Of a stretch of DNA of 32,000 nucleotides, positions 1 to 8,160 are shown in pieces. The notes under the pieces were generated by a model. That model was not told where the DNA came from. It searched no databases and worked only from the letters and a program-made list of their open reading frames with translations. The position numbers were made by a program, and so were the translations under genes. How positions within the stretch are numbered: the stretch's first letter is position 1; every line of letters starts with the position of its first letter. This DNA is from Nostoc punctiforme PCC 73102 (GTDB lineage: Bacteria; Cyanobacteriota; Cyanobacteriia; Cyanobacteriales; Nostocaceae), in the NCBI RefSeq assembly GCF_000020025.1, contig NC_010628.1, positions 7,200,001 through 7,232,000 of the forward strand, given 5' to 3'.

Positions 1-1680
1 GCAGCGGCTCAAGTACCGCAACTTGTCACCGCAGTTTTGAGTGAGCCTTCAACTTTTAACTATGCTCTAAATGAGTCAGCATATAGCGTTTTTGGCTTCA
101 TCTATGACTCATTAATTAATGAGAATCCCCTAACCACAAAACTAGAGCCTGCTTTAGCAGAAGCCTGGGAAGTTTCTGAAGATGGTCAACAGATTGTGAT
201 CGCTCTACGAGAAGGAATTAAGTGGTCAGATGGTCAGCCAATGACTGCTGATGATGTTGTCTTTACTTATAACGAAATCTACTTAAATCCTAAAATTCCT
301 ACCTCCACCAAAGATGCTTTAAGAATTGGTGACAAGGGCACTTTGCCAAAGGTGAAAAAAATCGATGAGCGTCGGGTTGAATTTAGCATAGAGGAACCCT
401 TTGCTCCTTTTTTAAGATATGTAGGTGGTATCCCAATTATGCCAGCCCATGCTCTACAGAAAGCAGTTCGCACAATTGGATCTGATGGAAATTCTAAGTT
501 TCTCTCAATCTGGGGAACAGGCACAGACCCGAAACAAATTGTTGCCAACGGCCCATATATTATGGAAAGTTACGTTTCCAGTCAGCGAGTTATATTTCGG
601 CGTAATCCATACTATTGGCGCAAAGATGCTCAGGGTAATCCTCAGCCTTATATTGAGCGTATTGTTTGGCAAATTATTGAATCGACTGAAAACCAGTTGA
701 TTAGTTTTCGCTCTGGGCAGTTAGATGATTTAGAAGTTCCGCCTGAAGGTTTTAGTTTACTGAAGCGAGAAGAAAAACGGGCAAAGTTTGAAATTTATAA
801 CGGCGGGCCAGATACAAGTACGACTTTTATTGCTTTCAATCTGAGTAAAGCGAAGAATTCTCAGGGTAAACCTTTTGTAGACCCAATTAAATCTAGGTGG
901 TTTAATAAAAAGGAATTCAGACAGGCTATAGCCTACGCGCTCGACCGCGAAACCATGAAAACAAATGCTTATCGGGGACTGGGTGAACTGCAAAATTCAT
1001 TTGTTTATGTCAAAAGTCCCTACTTTCTTCCTCCAGAAAAAGGCTTAAAGGTCTATAATTACGAACCAGATAAATCGAAGAAATTACTGTTAGAAGCTGG
1101 GTTTAAATATAATGACCAAAATCAGCTTTTAGATGCTGATGGTAACAGAGTCAGATTTACAATCTTAACTAATTCTGAAAGGAAAGTTAGAGGAGATATG
1201 GCATCTCAAATCAAACGGGATCTCGCTAAAATTGGGATTCAAGTAGATTTGCAAATTCTCAGCTTCAATTCTTATCTAGAAAAACTTAAAGTTACGCAGA
1301 ATTGGGATTGTTACCTGGGAGGATTTGCTGGAGGCGGTATTGAACCCCACGGCGCTAGCAATATCTGGAGAATCGCCGGTGCATCCCACGCATTTAATTT
1401 GGGGCCACAACCGGGAGATCCACCCATAACTGACTGGGAAGTTTCCGACTGGGAAAAGGAAATTGACAGCCTTTACATTAAAGGGGCACAGGTATTGGAT
1501 GATAACAAGCGCAAGGAAATTTATTATGAATATCAGCGCATTGCCTCAGAACAGTTGCCGTTTATTCATTTAGTGGAGAGGTTGAATCTGCAAGCAGTGC
1601 GCGATCGCTTCCAAGGAATTCAATATACTGCTCTTGGTGGTCCATTCTGGAATCTCTACGAACTAAAAGTAACCGATTAG
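1..1680 (+). CDS. ABC transporter substrate-binding protein, family 5 (peptide/nickel/opine type), 5'-partial
   Basis: The frame is open from base 1 (AAAQVPQLVTAV... precedes the TTG at 37 used by the ORF track), so the gene begins upstream of the window. Its size (>547 aa) and sequence character (RRNPYYWRKD, aromatic-rich two-lobe layout) are typical of OppA/DppA/NikA-like SBPs. Confidence 0.8.
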   Translation, partial: AAAQVPQLVTAVLSEPSTFNYALNESAYSVFGFIYDSLINENPLTTKLEPALAEAWEVSEDGQQIVIALREGIKWSDGQPMTADDVVFTYNEIYLNPKIPTSTKDALRIGDKGTLPKVKKIDERRVEFSIEEPFAPFLRYVGGIPIMPAHALQKAVRTIGSDGNSKFLSIWGTGTDPKQIVANGPYIMESYVSSQRVIFRRNPYYWRKDAQGNPQPYIERIVWQIIESTENQLISFRSGQLDDLEVPPEGFSLLKREEKRAKFEIYNGGPDTSTTFIAFNLSKAKNSQGKPFVDPIKSRWFNKKEFRQAIAYALDRETMKTNAYRGLGELQNSFVYVKSPYFLPPEKGLKVYNYEPDKSKKLLLEAGFKYNDQNQLLDADGNRVRFTILTNSERKVRGDMASQIKRDLAKIGIQVDLQILSFNSYLEKLKVTQNWDCYLGGFAGGGIEPHGASNIWRIAGASHAFNLGPQPGDPPITDWEVSDWEKEIDSLYIKGAQVLDDNKRKEIYYEYQRIASEQLPFIHLVERLNLQAVRDRFQGIQYTALGGPFWNLYELKVTD

Positions 1681-1826
1681 TCATTGGGCACTTGTACTGA
1701 GCGTATCGCTAAAGCGAAAGCTCCGCTAACGCGCAGCGTCTCCGTTAGGAGAAGGCGAAGTATTGGGCATTGGTTATTCACAAAGGACAAATGACAAAGG
1801 ACAAATGACCCATGACAAATGACAAA
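1681..1826. repeat. STRR-type heptamer repeats flanking a GC-rich SDR-like insert
   Basis: The left end is tcattgggcacttgt. The centre is gagcgtatcgctaaagcgaaagctccgctaacgcgcagcgtctccgttaggagaaggcgaag. The right end is ggacaaatgacaaaggacaaatgacccatgacaaatgac (GACAAAT-type 7-mers), which runs into the larB start codon. Confidence 0.7.
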
Positions 1827-2600
1827 ACCTTGCGATCGCTCCTCGAAGCGGTTGCCAATGGTAAAGTTACGCCAGATACGGCATTAGACTCACTCAAAAA
1901 CTTAACTTATGAATCTGTGGGTGAGTTTGCCAAAATTGACCATCATCGCCAGCTAAGAACTGGTTTCCCAGAGGTGATTTGGGGTCCCGGTAAGACTCCC
2001 GACCAAATTGCTCAAATTATGGAGGTGATGCGCCTCCGCAACCCGGTGGTGATGGCGACTCGCATTGAACCAGCAGTTTATACCGTACTGCAATCAAAAG
2101 TTAGCGGTTTGCGATATTATGATTCGGCGCGAATTTGTGCGATCGCTCCTCCTACAATCGAACCACAATTTGCAGGTGAAATTGCCATTCTTTCTGCTGG
2201 TACTGCCGATTTACCCGTTGCTGAAGAAGCGGCTATCACTGCTGAACTTTCTGGTTTTCGCGTCCAGCGCCTCTGGGATGTTGGTGTTGCGGGAATTCAC
2301 CGTTTGCTGAGTAACCGCCACCTGATTGAGTCAGCATCGGTGTTGATTGTCGTGGCCGGGATGGAAGGCGCTTTACCCAGCGTTGTCGCTGGTTTAGCGA
2401 GTTGTCCTGTGATTGCCGTACCCACCAGCATCGGTTATGGCGCGAGTTTTGGCGGTTTAGCACCTTTATTGACAATGCTTAACTCTTGTGCTGCGGGAGT
2501 AGGTGTAGTAAATATCGATAATGGTTTTGGTGCAGCAGTATTGGCGGGGCAGATTTTGCGAACTGCCGAGAAATTGCGGTTGGCATCGGCTGGATCTTGA
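1812..2600 (+). CDS. larB: LarB-like protein (PurE/AIR-carboxylase-related; nickel-pincer cofactor biosynthesis, pyridinium-3,5-biscarboxylic acid mononucleotide synthase family)
   Basis: 262 aa. The C-terminal PurE-like domain reads ILSAGTADLPVAEEA...VVAGMEGALPSVVAGL...VIAVPTSIGYGASFGGLAPLLTMLNSCAAGVGVVNIDNGFGAA, which is characteristic of LarB/NCAIR-mutase-related proteins. Confidence 0.75.
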   Translation: MTNDKTLRSLLEAVANGKVTPDTALDSLKNLTYESVGEFAKIDHHRQLRTGFPEVIWGPGKTPDQIAQIMEVMRLRNPVVMATRIEPAVYTVLQSKVSGLRYYDSARICAIAPPTIEPQFAGEIAILSAGTADLPVAEEAAITAELSGFRVQRLWDVGVAGIHRLLSNRHLIESASVLIVVAGMEGALPSVVAGLASCPVIAVPTSIGYGASFGGLAPLLTMLNSCAAGVGVVNIDNGFGAAVLAGQILRTAEKLRLASAGS

Positions 2601-2706
2601 GTTAAGACTTTAAAGTTACACCCAATATTTCAGTACGTTATCAGTAATTTATCTGAAAAATAAACTGATCTGAAATTTGCCACCCTCAACCTCTTAATCA
2701 CCAAAT

Positions 2707-2916
2707 ATGAGCCATCTCAGCGATTTGACATCTCAGCTACTTTGGCATTTGCCTGTAAATTTGACAGCACTACTAGCACAAACAATTACCGACCCAGACC
2801 TGATGGGTCAGGTTCAAAAATCTTGGAGCCACTTTGTACAAACAGGTCAAGTGTGGGCATTGTTGATTGGTTTAGTCATTGGCTATATGATCCGGAATTT
2901 AACTAGCTACGGTTAA
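2707..2916 (+). CDS. small hypothetical protein with C-terminal transmembrane helix
   Basis: 69-aa ATG-initiated ORF with a hydrophobic segment VWALLIGLVIGYMI near the C-terminus. No family recognised. Confidence 0.45.
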   Translation: MSHLSDLTSQLLWHLPVNLTALLAQTITDPDLMGQVQKSWSHFVQTGQVWALLIGLVIGYMIRNLTSYG

Positions 2917-2923
2917 ATTTAAA

Positions 2924-3007
2924 AGTTAGGAGTTGAAAGTGAGGAGTGAGAAGTTAGGAGTCAGAAACTCATAACTCCTCACTCTTAACTCTTAACTCTC
3001 CCCCACT
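2924..3007. repeat. palindromic STRR array (AGTTAGG-type heptamers followed by their complement AACTCCT/AACTCTT)
   Basis: Twelve consecutive 7-mers in phase: AGTTAGG AGTTGAA AGTGAGG AGTGAGA AGTTAGG AGTCAGA | AACTCAT AACTCCT CACTCTT AACTCTT AACTCTC CCCCACT. The two halves are partly reverse-complementary (gtgaggagt / actcctcac). Confidence 0.8.
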
Positions 3008-3019
3008 CTCTTGATATTT

Positions 3020-4405
3020 ATGACCAAAGAACAAACTTGGAGCCAGAGGTTTGAATCAGCCCTGCATCCCGCGATCGCTCGTTTTAATGCCAGTATAGGT
3101 TTTGATATTGAATTAATAGAATACGATCTGACTGGTTCTCAAGCCCATGCCAAAATGCTAGCTCACACGGGCATTATCTCCTCAGAAGAAGGTGAGCAAC
3201 TGGTTGCAGGTTTAGAACAAATCCGCCAAGAGCATCGCCAGGGAAAATTTCATCCTGGTGTTGATGCAGAAGATGTACATTTTGCAGTTGAAAAACGACT
3301 GACAGAAATTGTCGGCGATGTGGGTAAAAAACTGCATACGGCGCGATCGCGTAATGACCAAGTTGGTACTGATACTAGACTCTACCTCCGCGACCAAATC
3401 CAGCAAATTAAAAGCGAATTGCGAGAATTCCAAGGTGTTTTACTGGATATAGCTGAAAAGCACGTTGAAACTTTGATCCCAGGCTATACCCATCTACAAC
3501 GCGCTCAACCAGTGAGTTTAGCTCACCACCTATTGGCATACTTTCAAATGGCGCAACGCGACTGGGAACGCTTGGGAGATGTTTCTCGCCGCGTCAATAT
3601 CTCACCTTTGGGGTGCGGTGCTTTAGCGGGAACTACTTTCCCCATCGATCGCCACTACACAGCCAAACTATTAGATTTTGATAATATTTATGCTAACAGC
3701 CTCGATGGAGTAAGCGATCGTGATTTTGCGATCGAATTCTTGTGTGCTGCTAGCTTGATTATGGTTCACCTCAGCCGCCTTGCAGAAGAAGTCATTCTTT
3801 GGTCATCTGAAGAATTTCGTTTTGTCATCCTCAAAGATAGCTGTGCTACAGGTTCCAGTATCATGCCCCAAAAGAAAAACCCCGATGTACCAGAACTCGT
3901 GCGGGGGAAAACGGGACGTGTATTTGGTCATCTCCAGGCAATGCTAGTGATTATGAAAGGGCTACCTCTGGCATATAACAAAGACCTGCAAGAAGATAAA
4001 GAAGGTCTATTTGATAGCGTTAACACAGTCAAAGCATCTCTAGAAGCAATGACAATTTTGCTCAGGGAAGGCTTAGAATTTCGTACCCAGCGTTTAGCAC
4101 AAGCCGTAACCGAAGATTTCTCCAACGCTACTGATGTAGCAGATTATCTTGCAGCACGGGGCGTTCCTTTCCGGGAAGCTTACAACCTCGTGGGTAAGGT
4201 GGTAAAAACTAGTATTGCTGCAGGTAAACTCCTGAAAGATTTGGAATTGGAAGAGTGGCAACAACTACATCCGGCATTTGCAGCAGATATTTATGAGGCG
4301 ATATCCCCCCGTCAAGTTGTGGCAGCCCGCAACAGTCACGGTGGTACTGGCTTTGTACAGGTTAGCAAAGCACTCATAGCCGCTCGCGCTCAAATCGATC
4401 AATAA
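3020..4405 (+). CDS. argH: argininosuccinate lyase
   Basis: About 461 aa with the fumarate-lyase signature [12 protein letters not shown], plus [11 protein letters not shown] and SRNDQV motifs. I prefer ATG 3020 (MTKEQTW...) to the TTG at 3011 used by the ORF track. Confidence 0.95.
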   Translation: MTKEQTWSQRFESALHPAIARFNASIGFDIELIEYDLTGSQAHAKMLAHTGIISSEEGEQLVAGLEQIRQEHRQGKFHPGVDAEDVHFAVEKRLTEIVGDVGKKLHTARSRNDQVGTDTRLYLRDQIQQIKSELREFQGVLLDIAEKHVETLIPGYTHLQRAQPVSLAHHLLAYFQMAQRDWERLGDVSRRVNISPLGCGALAGTTFPIDRHYTAKLLDFDNIYANSLDGVSDRDFAIEFLCAASLIMVHLSRLAEEVILWSSEEFRFVILKDSCATGSSIMPQKKNPDVPELVRGKTGRVFGHLQAMLVIMKGLPLAYNKDLQEDKEGLFDSVNTVKASLEAMTILLREGLEFRTQRLAQAVTEDFSNATDVADYLAARGVPFREAYNLVGKVVKTSIAAGKLLKDLELEEWQQLHPAFAADIYEAISPRQVVAARNSHGGTGFVQVSKALIAARAQIDQ

Positions 4406-4513
4406 GGGAATGGGGAGCAGGGGGTAGGGGAACAAGGGGGAATTATTGAATAATATCTCCCCTTTCTTGCTTGTTTCTTCTTTATGCCCAATTCCCAATT
4501 CCCAATTCCCAAT
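4406..4513. repeat. phase-locked STRR array with a G-rich left arm and C-rich right arm (CCCAATT x3)
   Basis: GGGAATG GGGAGCA GGGGGTA GGGGAAC AAGGGGG AATTATT GAATAAT ATCTCCC CTTTCTT GCTTGTT TCTTCTT TATGCCC AATTCCC AATTCCC AATTCCC AAT. The array starts directly after the argH stop, and its arms can pair (ggggaatt...tctcccc). Confidence 0.8.
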
Positions 4514-4535
4514 ACAGTTCAGATAAGACCAAAAC

Positions 4536-4588
4536 ACTTGTAGAGACGGCGATTTATCGCGTCTCAAAACCCACGATTTTGTACAAGT
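4536..4588. repeat. nested palindromic element (ACTTGTA[GAGACGgCGAT-tt-ATCGCGTCTC]...TACAAGT)
   Basis: The inner hairpin gagacggcgat/atcgcgtctc spans 4543-4565 and has one bulge. Its outer arms are acttgta (4536-4542) and tacaagt (4582-4588). It resembles the GTAGAGACG...CGTCTC-type dispersed palindromes common in Nostoc-like genomes. Confidence 0.55.
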
Positions 4589-4620
4589 AGCGCTTAACCC
4601 AAGCGTATTGCCCTATACCC

Positions 4621-4652
4621 AAAAATAAATAAGGGCGTACAAATGTGCGCCC
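4621..4652 (-). terminator. rho-independent terminator of the small basic-protein gene
   Basis: The minus strand reads GGGCGCACATTTGTACGCCC (stem GGGCG/CGCCC) followed by TTATTTATTTTT, about 45 nt downstream of the stop at 4696. Confidence 0.7.
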
Positions 4653-4695
4653 TAAACAATAAATAATCTAAATAAAAAGGATTTAAGCAGACAGC

Positions 4696-4863
4696 TTAGT
4701 CAGTGTCAGCTGCTGTTGCTGCGCCTTCTTCTTCTTCACTCTTGGGTGGTCTTTGTTGGAACCTTCTCTGCATTCTTCCTGTCGTAGTTCGTTTACGAAA
4801 CTTTCTGGCATACGCCTGGTTCCGTAGCGCCTTTTCTTTTTTCGGGTTACGGCGCTTGGCCAT
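4696..4863 (-). CDS. small highly basic protein with acidic tail (hypothetical)
   Basis: 55 aa from ATG 4863 (MAKRRNPKKEKALRNQAYARKFRKRTTTGRMQRRFQQRPPKSEEEEGAATAADTD). A GAGGTG Shine-Dalgarno sits 3 nt upstream and an intrinsic terminator lies downstream. The 12 extra N-terminal codons in the ORF track are unlikely to be translated. Confidence 0.6.
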   Translation of the reverse strand: MAKRRNPKKEKALRNQAYARKFRKRTTTGRMQRRFQQRPPKSEEEEGAATAADTD

Positions 4864-5399
4864 GTTCACCTCATTAAATAAACAACAAAAGAGTAGCAAC
4901 TAGGCATCACGTAGGCAATATTAGCTACCAATGTTATTGATATACTTGTAGCCTAGTGCAGCAATCAATACGCTTTAAACAGTGTGCTAGTCTATCGCGT
5001 TTTACCTTGTTTTGTCAATATCAATTTAGAATTATCCCCACCAGCTAGACAAAAAATACATTTTCTTAGATGCAAATACATCAAAGATATGTAAATTAGC
5101 TAACTAGTTGTTTTTGGAACAAACCAATGAAGAAGCTATCCTAATACTGCTCTGAGTCAAACATTTTACACAAATAACTTGGCTGAGGGAAAAGATAACT
5201 GGGCTTGGGTTAAGGGTTTTTCTTTCCCCTTTTCCCATTAAAGAAGCAGTATTGCAAGCTATCCTACTAATAAAATTCAGTATTCGCTAAACTTCAATTG
5301 AATACATTGCTTTCAACTTCATTCAATGTAAATGCAATAGGTACAAGGGAAATTGACCGTTTTTCCCTATTCGTGCAACAAAGCCTTTTATCGATGGTT

Positions 5400-6005
5400 C
5401 TAGGAAACTTTTTCAAGCTTCTTATCAGTTAATTTAGATGGCTTATTACGTTTGAGTGCTGAAGGGACACAAACAGTAGCGAGGGCAAATAAGCTAAGGA
5501 TAGAGGTGGGTTCAGGTACGGTGATTATGCTTGCAGAAAAACTGATGGGTAACTCACTATCTTCCGTCCCCAAATTTTCAAAACCTGGTATCAGTGGTGG
5601 AACAGAAAAAACTTCTAAATAATTTGGCGTTGGCAAAAAATTAGCGAAAAATGGACTAGAATAGTTTCCCCCCGATGTAGAATAACCAAAACCATCACCT
5701 GTTAACTGCTGAGTATTAAGACTAATTAAATTGTCAACATTAAAAGGTTCGTTTCCTGGTATTGGAGTGCCTACAGGTTGCAGACCAGTAATCGTTTCAC
5801 CATTTCGTGTACCCGTAATTCCTAAAATCTGATAAAAACCCAAATCGTCAGAGGTGTTATCAGTGGTAAAAGTACCAATCGCCTCTATACCAGTACCAGA
5901 ATAATTCCAATTCCAAGTTAAAGCAGAGGCAGTTTGCATTGTGCCGAAAACCAATCCAGATGTGGTGGTGAGGGCTATGGCAGATAGTAGAGCTAGATTT
6001 TTCAT
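5400..6005 (-). CDS. PEP-CTERM sorting-domain secreted protein
   Basis: 201 aa. The N-terminal signal peptide is MKNLALLSAIALTTTSGLVFG...ASA. The C-terminal VPEP motif is followed by a hydrophobic helix and a basic cluster (VPEPTSILSLFALATVCVPSALKRNKP). Confidence 0.85.
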   Translation of the reverse strand: MKNLALLSAIALTTTSGLVFGTMQTASALTWNWNYSGTGIEAIGTFTTDNTSDDLGFYQILGITGTRNGETITGLQPVGTPIPGNEPFNVDNLISLNTQQLTGDGFGYSTSGGNYSSPFFANFLPTPNYLEVFSVPPLIPGFENLGTEDSELPISFSASIITVPEPTSILSLFALATVCVPSALKRNKPSKLTDKKLEKVS

Positions 6006-6451
6006 TGGGTTGTTTGTGCGATCGCTTTTAGCACGCCAAAGGCGATCGCGGTTTTTGTAAAGGATTTTCGTATATTAAGCTTAATTATCAAGAATTTGGT
6101 GTCAATCTCCAATACCACTTAATTGCCTCTTCAGAATTCAGAATTTAGACTTACTTATTCAGATTAATTTTTTGGGAGTGTGCTGAAAAAATATTAATGA
6201 TAGCTGCTTTTAGCAAAGCTAATGTTATTTATAAATTGAAAAGTTTTTTGACTTAACAAATGGTATGTATATATAAATACAGTGCTTCTATTGAAAGTTA
6301 ATGTTAAGATTAATGATATTCTACGTAAATCGTGAGAATAAAATCTCAAACCACAAACATTTTTGTATAAAACAAAACTCGACGAAATTTTATGAGTTGA
6401 GTTTATGTAAGTGGTAGAGAAATATAGAATACAACATATCAATTTTGAAGA

Positions 6452-6946
6452 TTGAACGTTATTGCTTTTTTTCCGGCAGCTGTCCAGTCCACACGTAGCT
6501 TATGGCGTATTGGACAAACAGTATTGGGTATTATATTTCGTCATCCCATTACTGGCACTAGTATCATCCCAATTTTACCTGATGGCCGGATAGTACTGAT
6601 CCGACGGCGTGATGATGGTCTTTGGGCATTGCCTGGAGGCATAGTGGATTGGGGAGAAGATATTCCCAACACAGTCCGCCGGGAATTGATCGAGGAAACC
6701 GGGCTAGAATTGCTGAAAATCAACCGTTTGGTAGGAGTTTACTCTGCACCAGACCGCGATCCTAGAATCCATTCAATTTGTATTGTGGTTGAAGCCGAGG
6801 TGCATGGGAAAATGGAGATTCAAGATACTTTGGAAGTCATGGAAATCCAAGCTTTTTCTCCCAATTTGCTACCTTCAGGACAGATGTCTCACGACCATAC
6901 TAGGCAGTTGCAAGACTACTTAAATGGCTTGACAACACTGGCATAA
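6452..6946 (+). CDS. NUDIX hydrolase
   Basis: A complete Nudix box is present: GGIVDWGEDIPNTVRRELIEETGL (G-x5-E-x7-R-E-U-x-E-E-x-G-U). The start is uncertain, because the track uses TTG 6452 and there is no ATG near the N-terminus. Confidence 0.8.
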   Translation: MNVIAFFPAAVQSTRSLWRIGQTVLGIIFRHPITGTSIIPILPDGRIVLIRRRDDGLWALPGGIVDWGEDIPNTVRRELIEETGLELLKINRLVGVYSAPDRDPRIHSICIVVEAEVHGKMEIQDTLEVMEIQAFSPNLLPSGQMSHDHTRQLQDYLNGLTTLA

Positions 6947-6960
6947 TAATATTTTGTTAT

Positions 6961-7173
6961 TAGTCATTGGTCATTTGTCCTTTGTCATTTGCGGCCAAAG
7001 TTTCTGATTTAAGGAAGCCTCTCTTCTCTACGAGAGGCTGCGCCCTAAGCGTAGCTATGCCGCAGGCTTTACGAGAGAGACGTTATGCGAACGGCTCAGA
7101 CTCCTCTGTTTATAATTTGTCCAAAACTAATGACCAATGACAAATGACAAATGACTAATGACTAATGACTCAT
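6961..7173. repeat. MITE-like composite: inverted heptamer arrays (TCATTNG / CAAATGA) flanking a 135-bp GC-rich SDR-like core
   Basis: The left arm is tagtcattggtcatttgtcctttgtcatttg. The right arm, ctaatgaccaatgacaaatgacaaatgactaatgactaatgactcat, is its reverse complement in type. The core carries hairpins such as gcctctc-ttctctac-gagaggc and the motif tctctacgagaggctgcgcc. Confidence 0.75.
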
Positions 7174-7214
7174 AACTATTTATTATGGTGCTAAAAGTTA
7201 ACTACTAAATTAAA

Positions 7215-8027
7215 ATGAATACACTATTCCGTAACTCCCGGATAAAGCTCTCTCAAGGGCTGGTATTCTGGCGTGAAATTGGTGAAAAAACTCCTATAAT
7301 TTTTTTACATGGTGCTTGGAATGAGAGTAGTCAATGGTTATCTGTGATGGAGTCACTTGCACAAGATTTCCATTGCTTTGCACCTGATTTGCTAGGGTTT
7401 GGTGAGTCAGAGAATCCTAATATCCACCATTCGATAGATTTGCAAGTAGAGTGTTTAGCGGAATTTCTGCAAGCTGTCAAGCTAGAAAAAGTATATTTAG
7501 TAGGACATTCTATTGGGGGTTGGATTGCTGCTAGTTATGCTTTAAAGTATCCTGAGAAAATTGATGGTTTGGTACTACTTGCACCAGAGGGCGTAGAGAT
7601 AGCAGGACAGGAAGAGTATTGCCGGAAGATGCGGCGATTATTGAATTATCCACCACTAGTAGTTAAATTGTTGCGATCGCTAACTCCCTTCACTAAAATT
7701 CTGGGTTGGCATGAGAAAATTGCCCAAGACTTGCAGTTACGTCAAAACCTATTGCCTTATCCCAGAGGTTGCCAGTTACTTTTCAAACGGCGACAGATAG
7801 AAATTGAAGCGGAATTAGTGCAAAAGCGGCTTTATATGATAGATATGCCGGTTTTTATTTTACAAGGTGGCCAAGATACACCAGATGCTTTAGCCAAGAG
7901 TCGGGTTTATGCTCAACTGATGCCCAAAGTTGAATTGAAAATGATTTCCCATGCCGGAAATGACTTACCAGAATTTTGTGCTGGGGTTGTAGCACTTGAG
8001 ATTCGGGAGTTTATTAAAGGAAATTAG
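7215..8027 (+). CDS. alpha/beta-fold hydrolase
   Basis: 270 aa with the nucleophile elbow GHSIGG, an oxyanion-region FLHG, and a C-terminal H in HAGND. This is the typical alpha/beta hydrolase-6 layout. Confidence 0.8.
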   Translation: MNTLFRNSRIKLSQGLVFWREIGEKTPIIFLHGAWNESSQWLSVMESLAQDFHCFAPDLLGFGESENPNIHHSIDLQVECLAEFLQAVKLEKVYLVGHSIGGWIAASYALKYPEKIDGLVLLAPEGVEIAGQEEYCRKMRRLLNYPPLVVKLLRSLTPFTKILGWHEKIAQDLQLRQNLLPYPRGCQLLFKRRQIEIEAELVQKRLYMIDMPVFILQGGQDTPDALAKSRVYAQLMPKVELKMISHAGNDLPEFCAGVVALEIREFIKGN

Positions 8028-8043
8028 TAATTACAGATATCCA

Positions 8044-8079
8044 TAAAAAAACGTTTATTTATATTAATTAAATAAACGT
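8044..8079 (-). terminator. AT-rich hairpin between convergent genes (likely coaX terminator, possibly bidirectional)
   Basis: A perfect 11-bp inverted repeat, acgtttattta (8051-8061) / taaataaacgt (8069-8079). On the minus strand it is followed by a run of T (complement of A-run 8045-8050). Confidence 0.5.
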
Positions 8080-8160
8080 CATGGTCAATATAATTGCTAG
8101 GTCTTAAAACCGAAATTCTCATTTTTTCGTGCAGCGAAATACTTCATTCTGTCAGTTCCC

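Noticed and set aside
2974-2982. ACTCCTCAC resembling the conserved single-stranded ACUCCUCACAC motif of the cyanobacterial sRNA Yfr1
   Set aside because: The match is incomplete and is simply part of the AACTCCT/CACTCTT heptamer array. There are no flanking Yfr1-type stem-loops or terminator.
4406-4513. Considered whether the tandem repeat arrays (also 2924-3007, 10813-10959, 20911-20973, 25534-25739) could be CRISPR arrays
   Set aside because: The repeat unit is only 7 nt, there are no unique spacers of 25-40 nt and no cas genes. They are STRR-type heptamer repeats.
4265-4567. 100-aa minus-strand ORF spanning the argH 3' end and the heptamer array
   Set aside because: It overlaps argH antisense, and the rest is translated heptamer repeats (…GNWELGIGHKE…). 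It is a repeat artefact.
6194-6442. 82-aa minus-strand ORF in the PEP-CTERM/NUDIX intergenic region
   Set aside because: The region is extremely AT-rich and the product is Ile/Phe/Tyr/Asn-rich (MICCILYFSTTYINSTHK...). This is typical of a random frame in a promoter region, and no SD is present.
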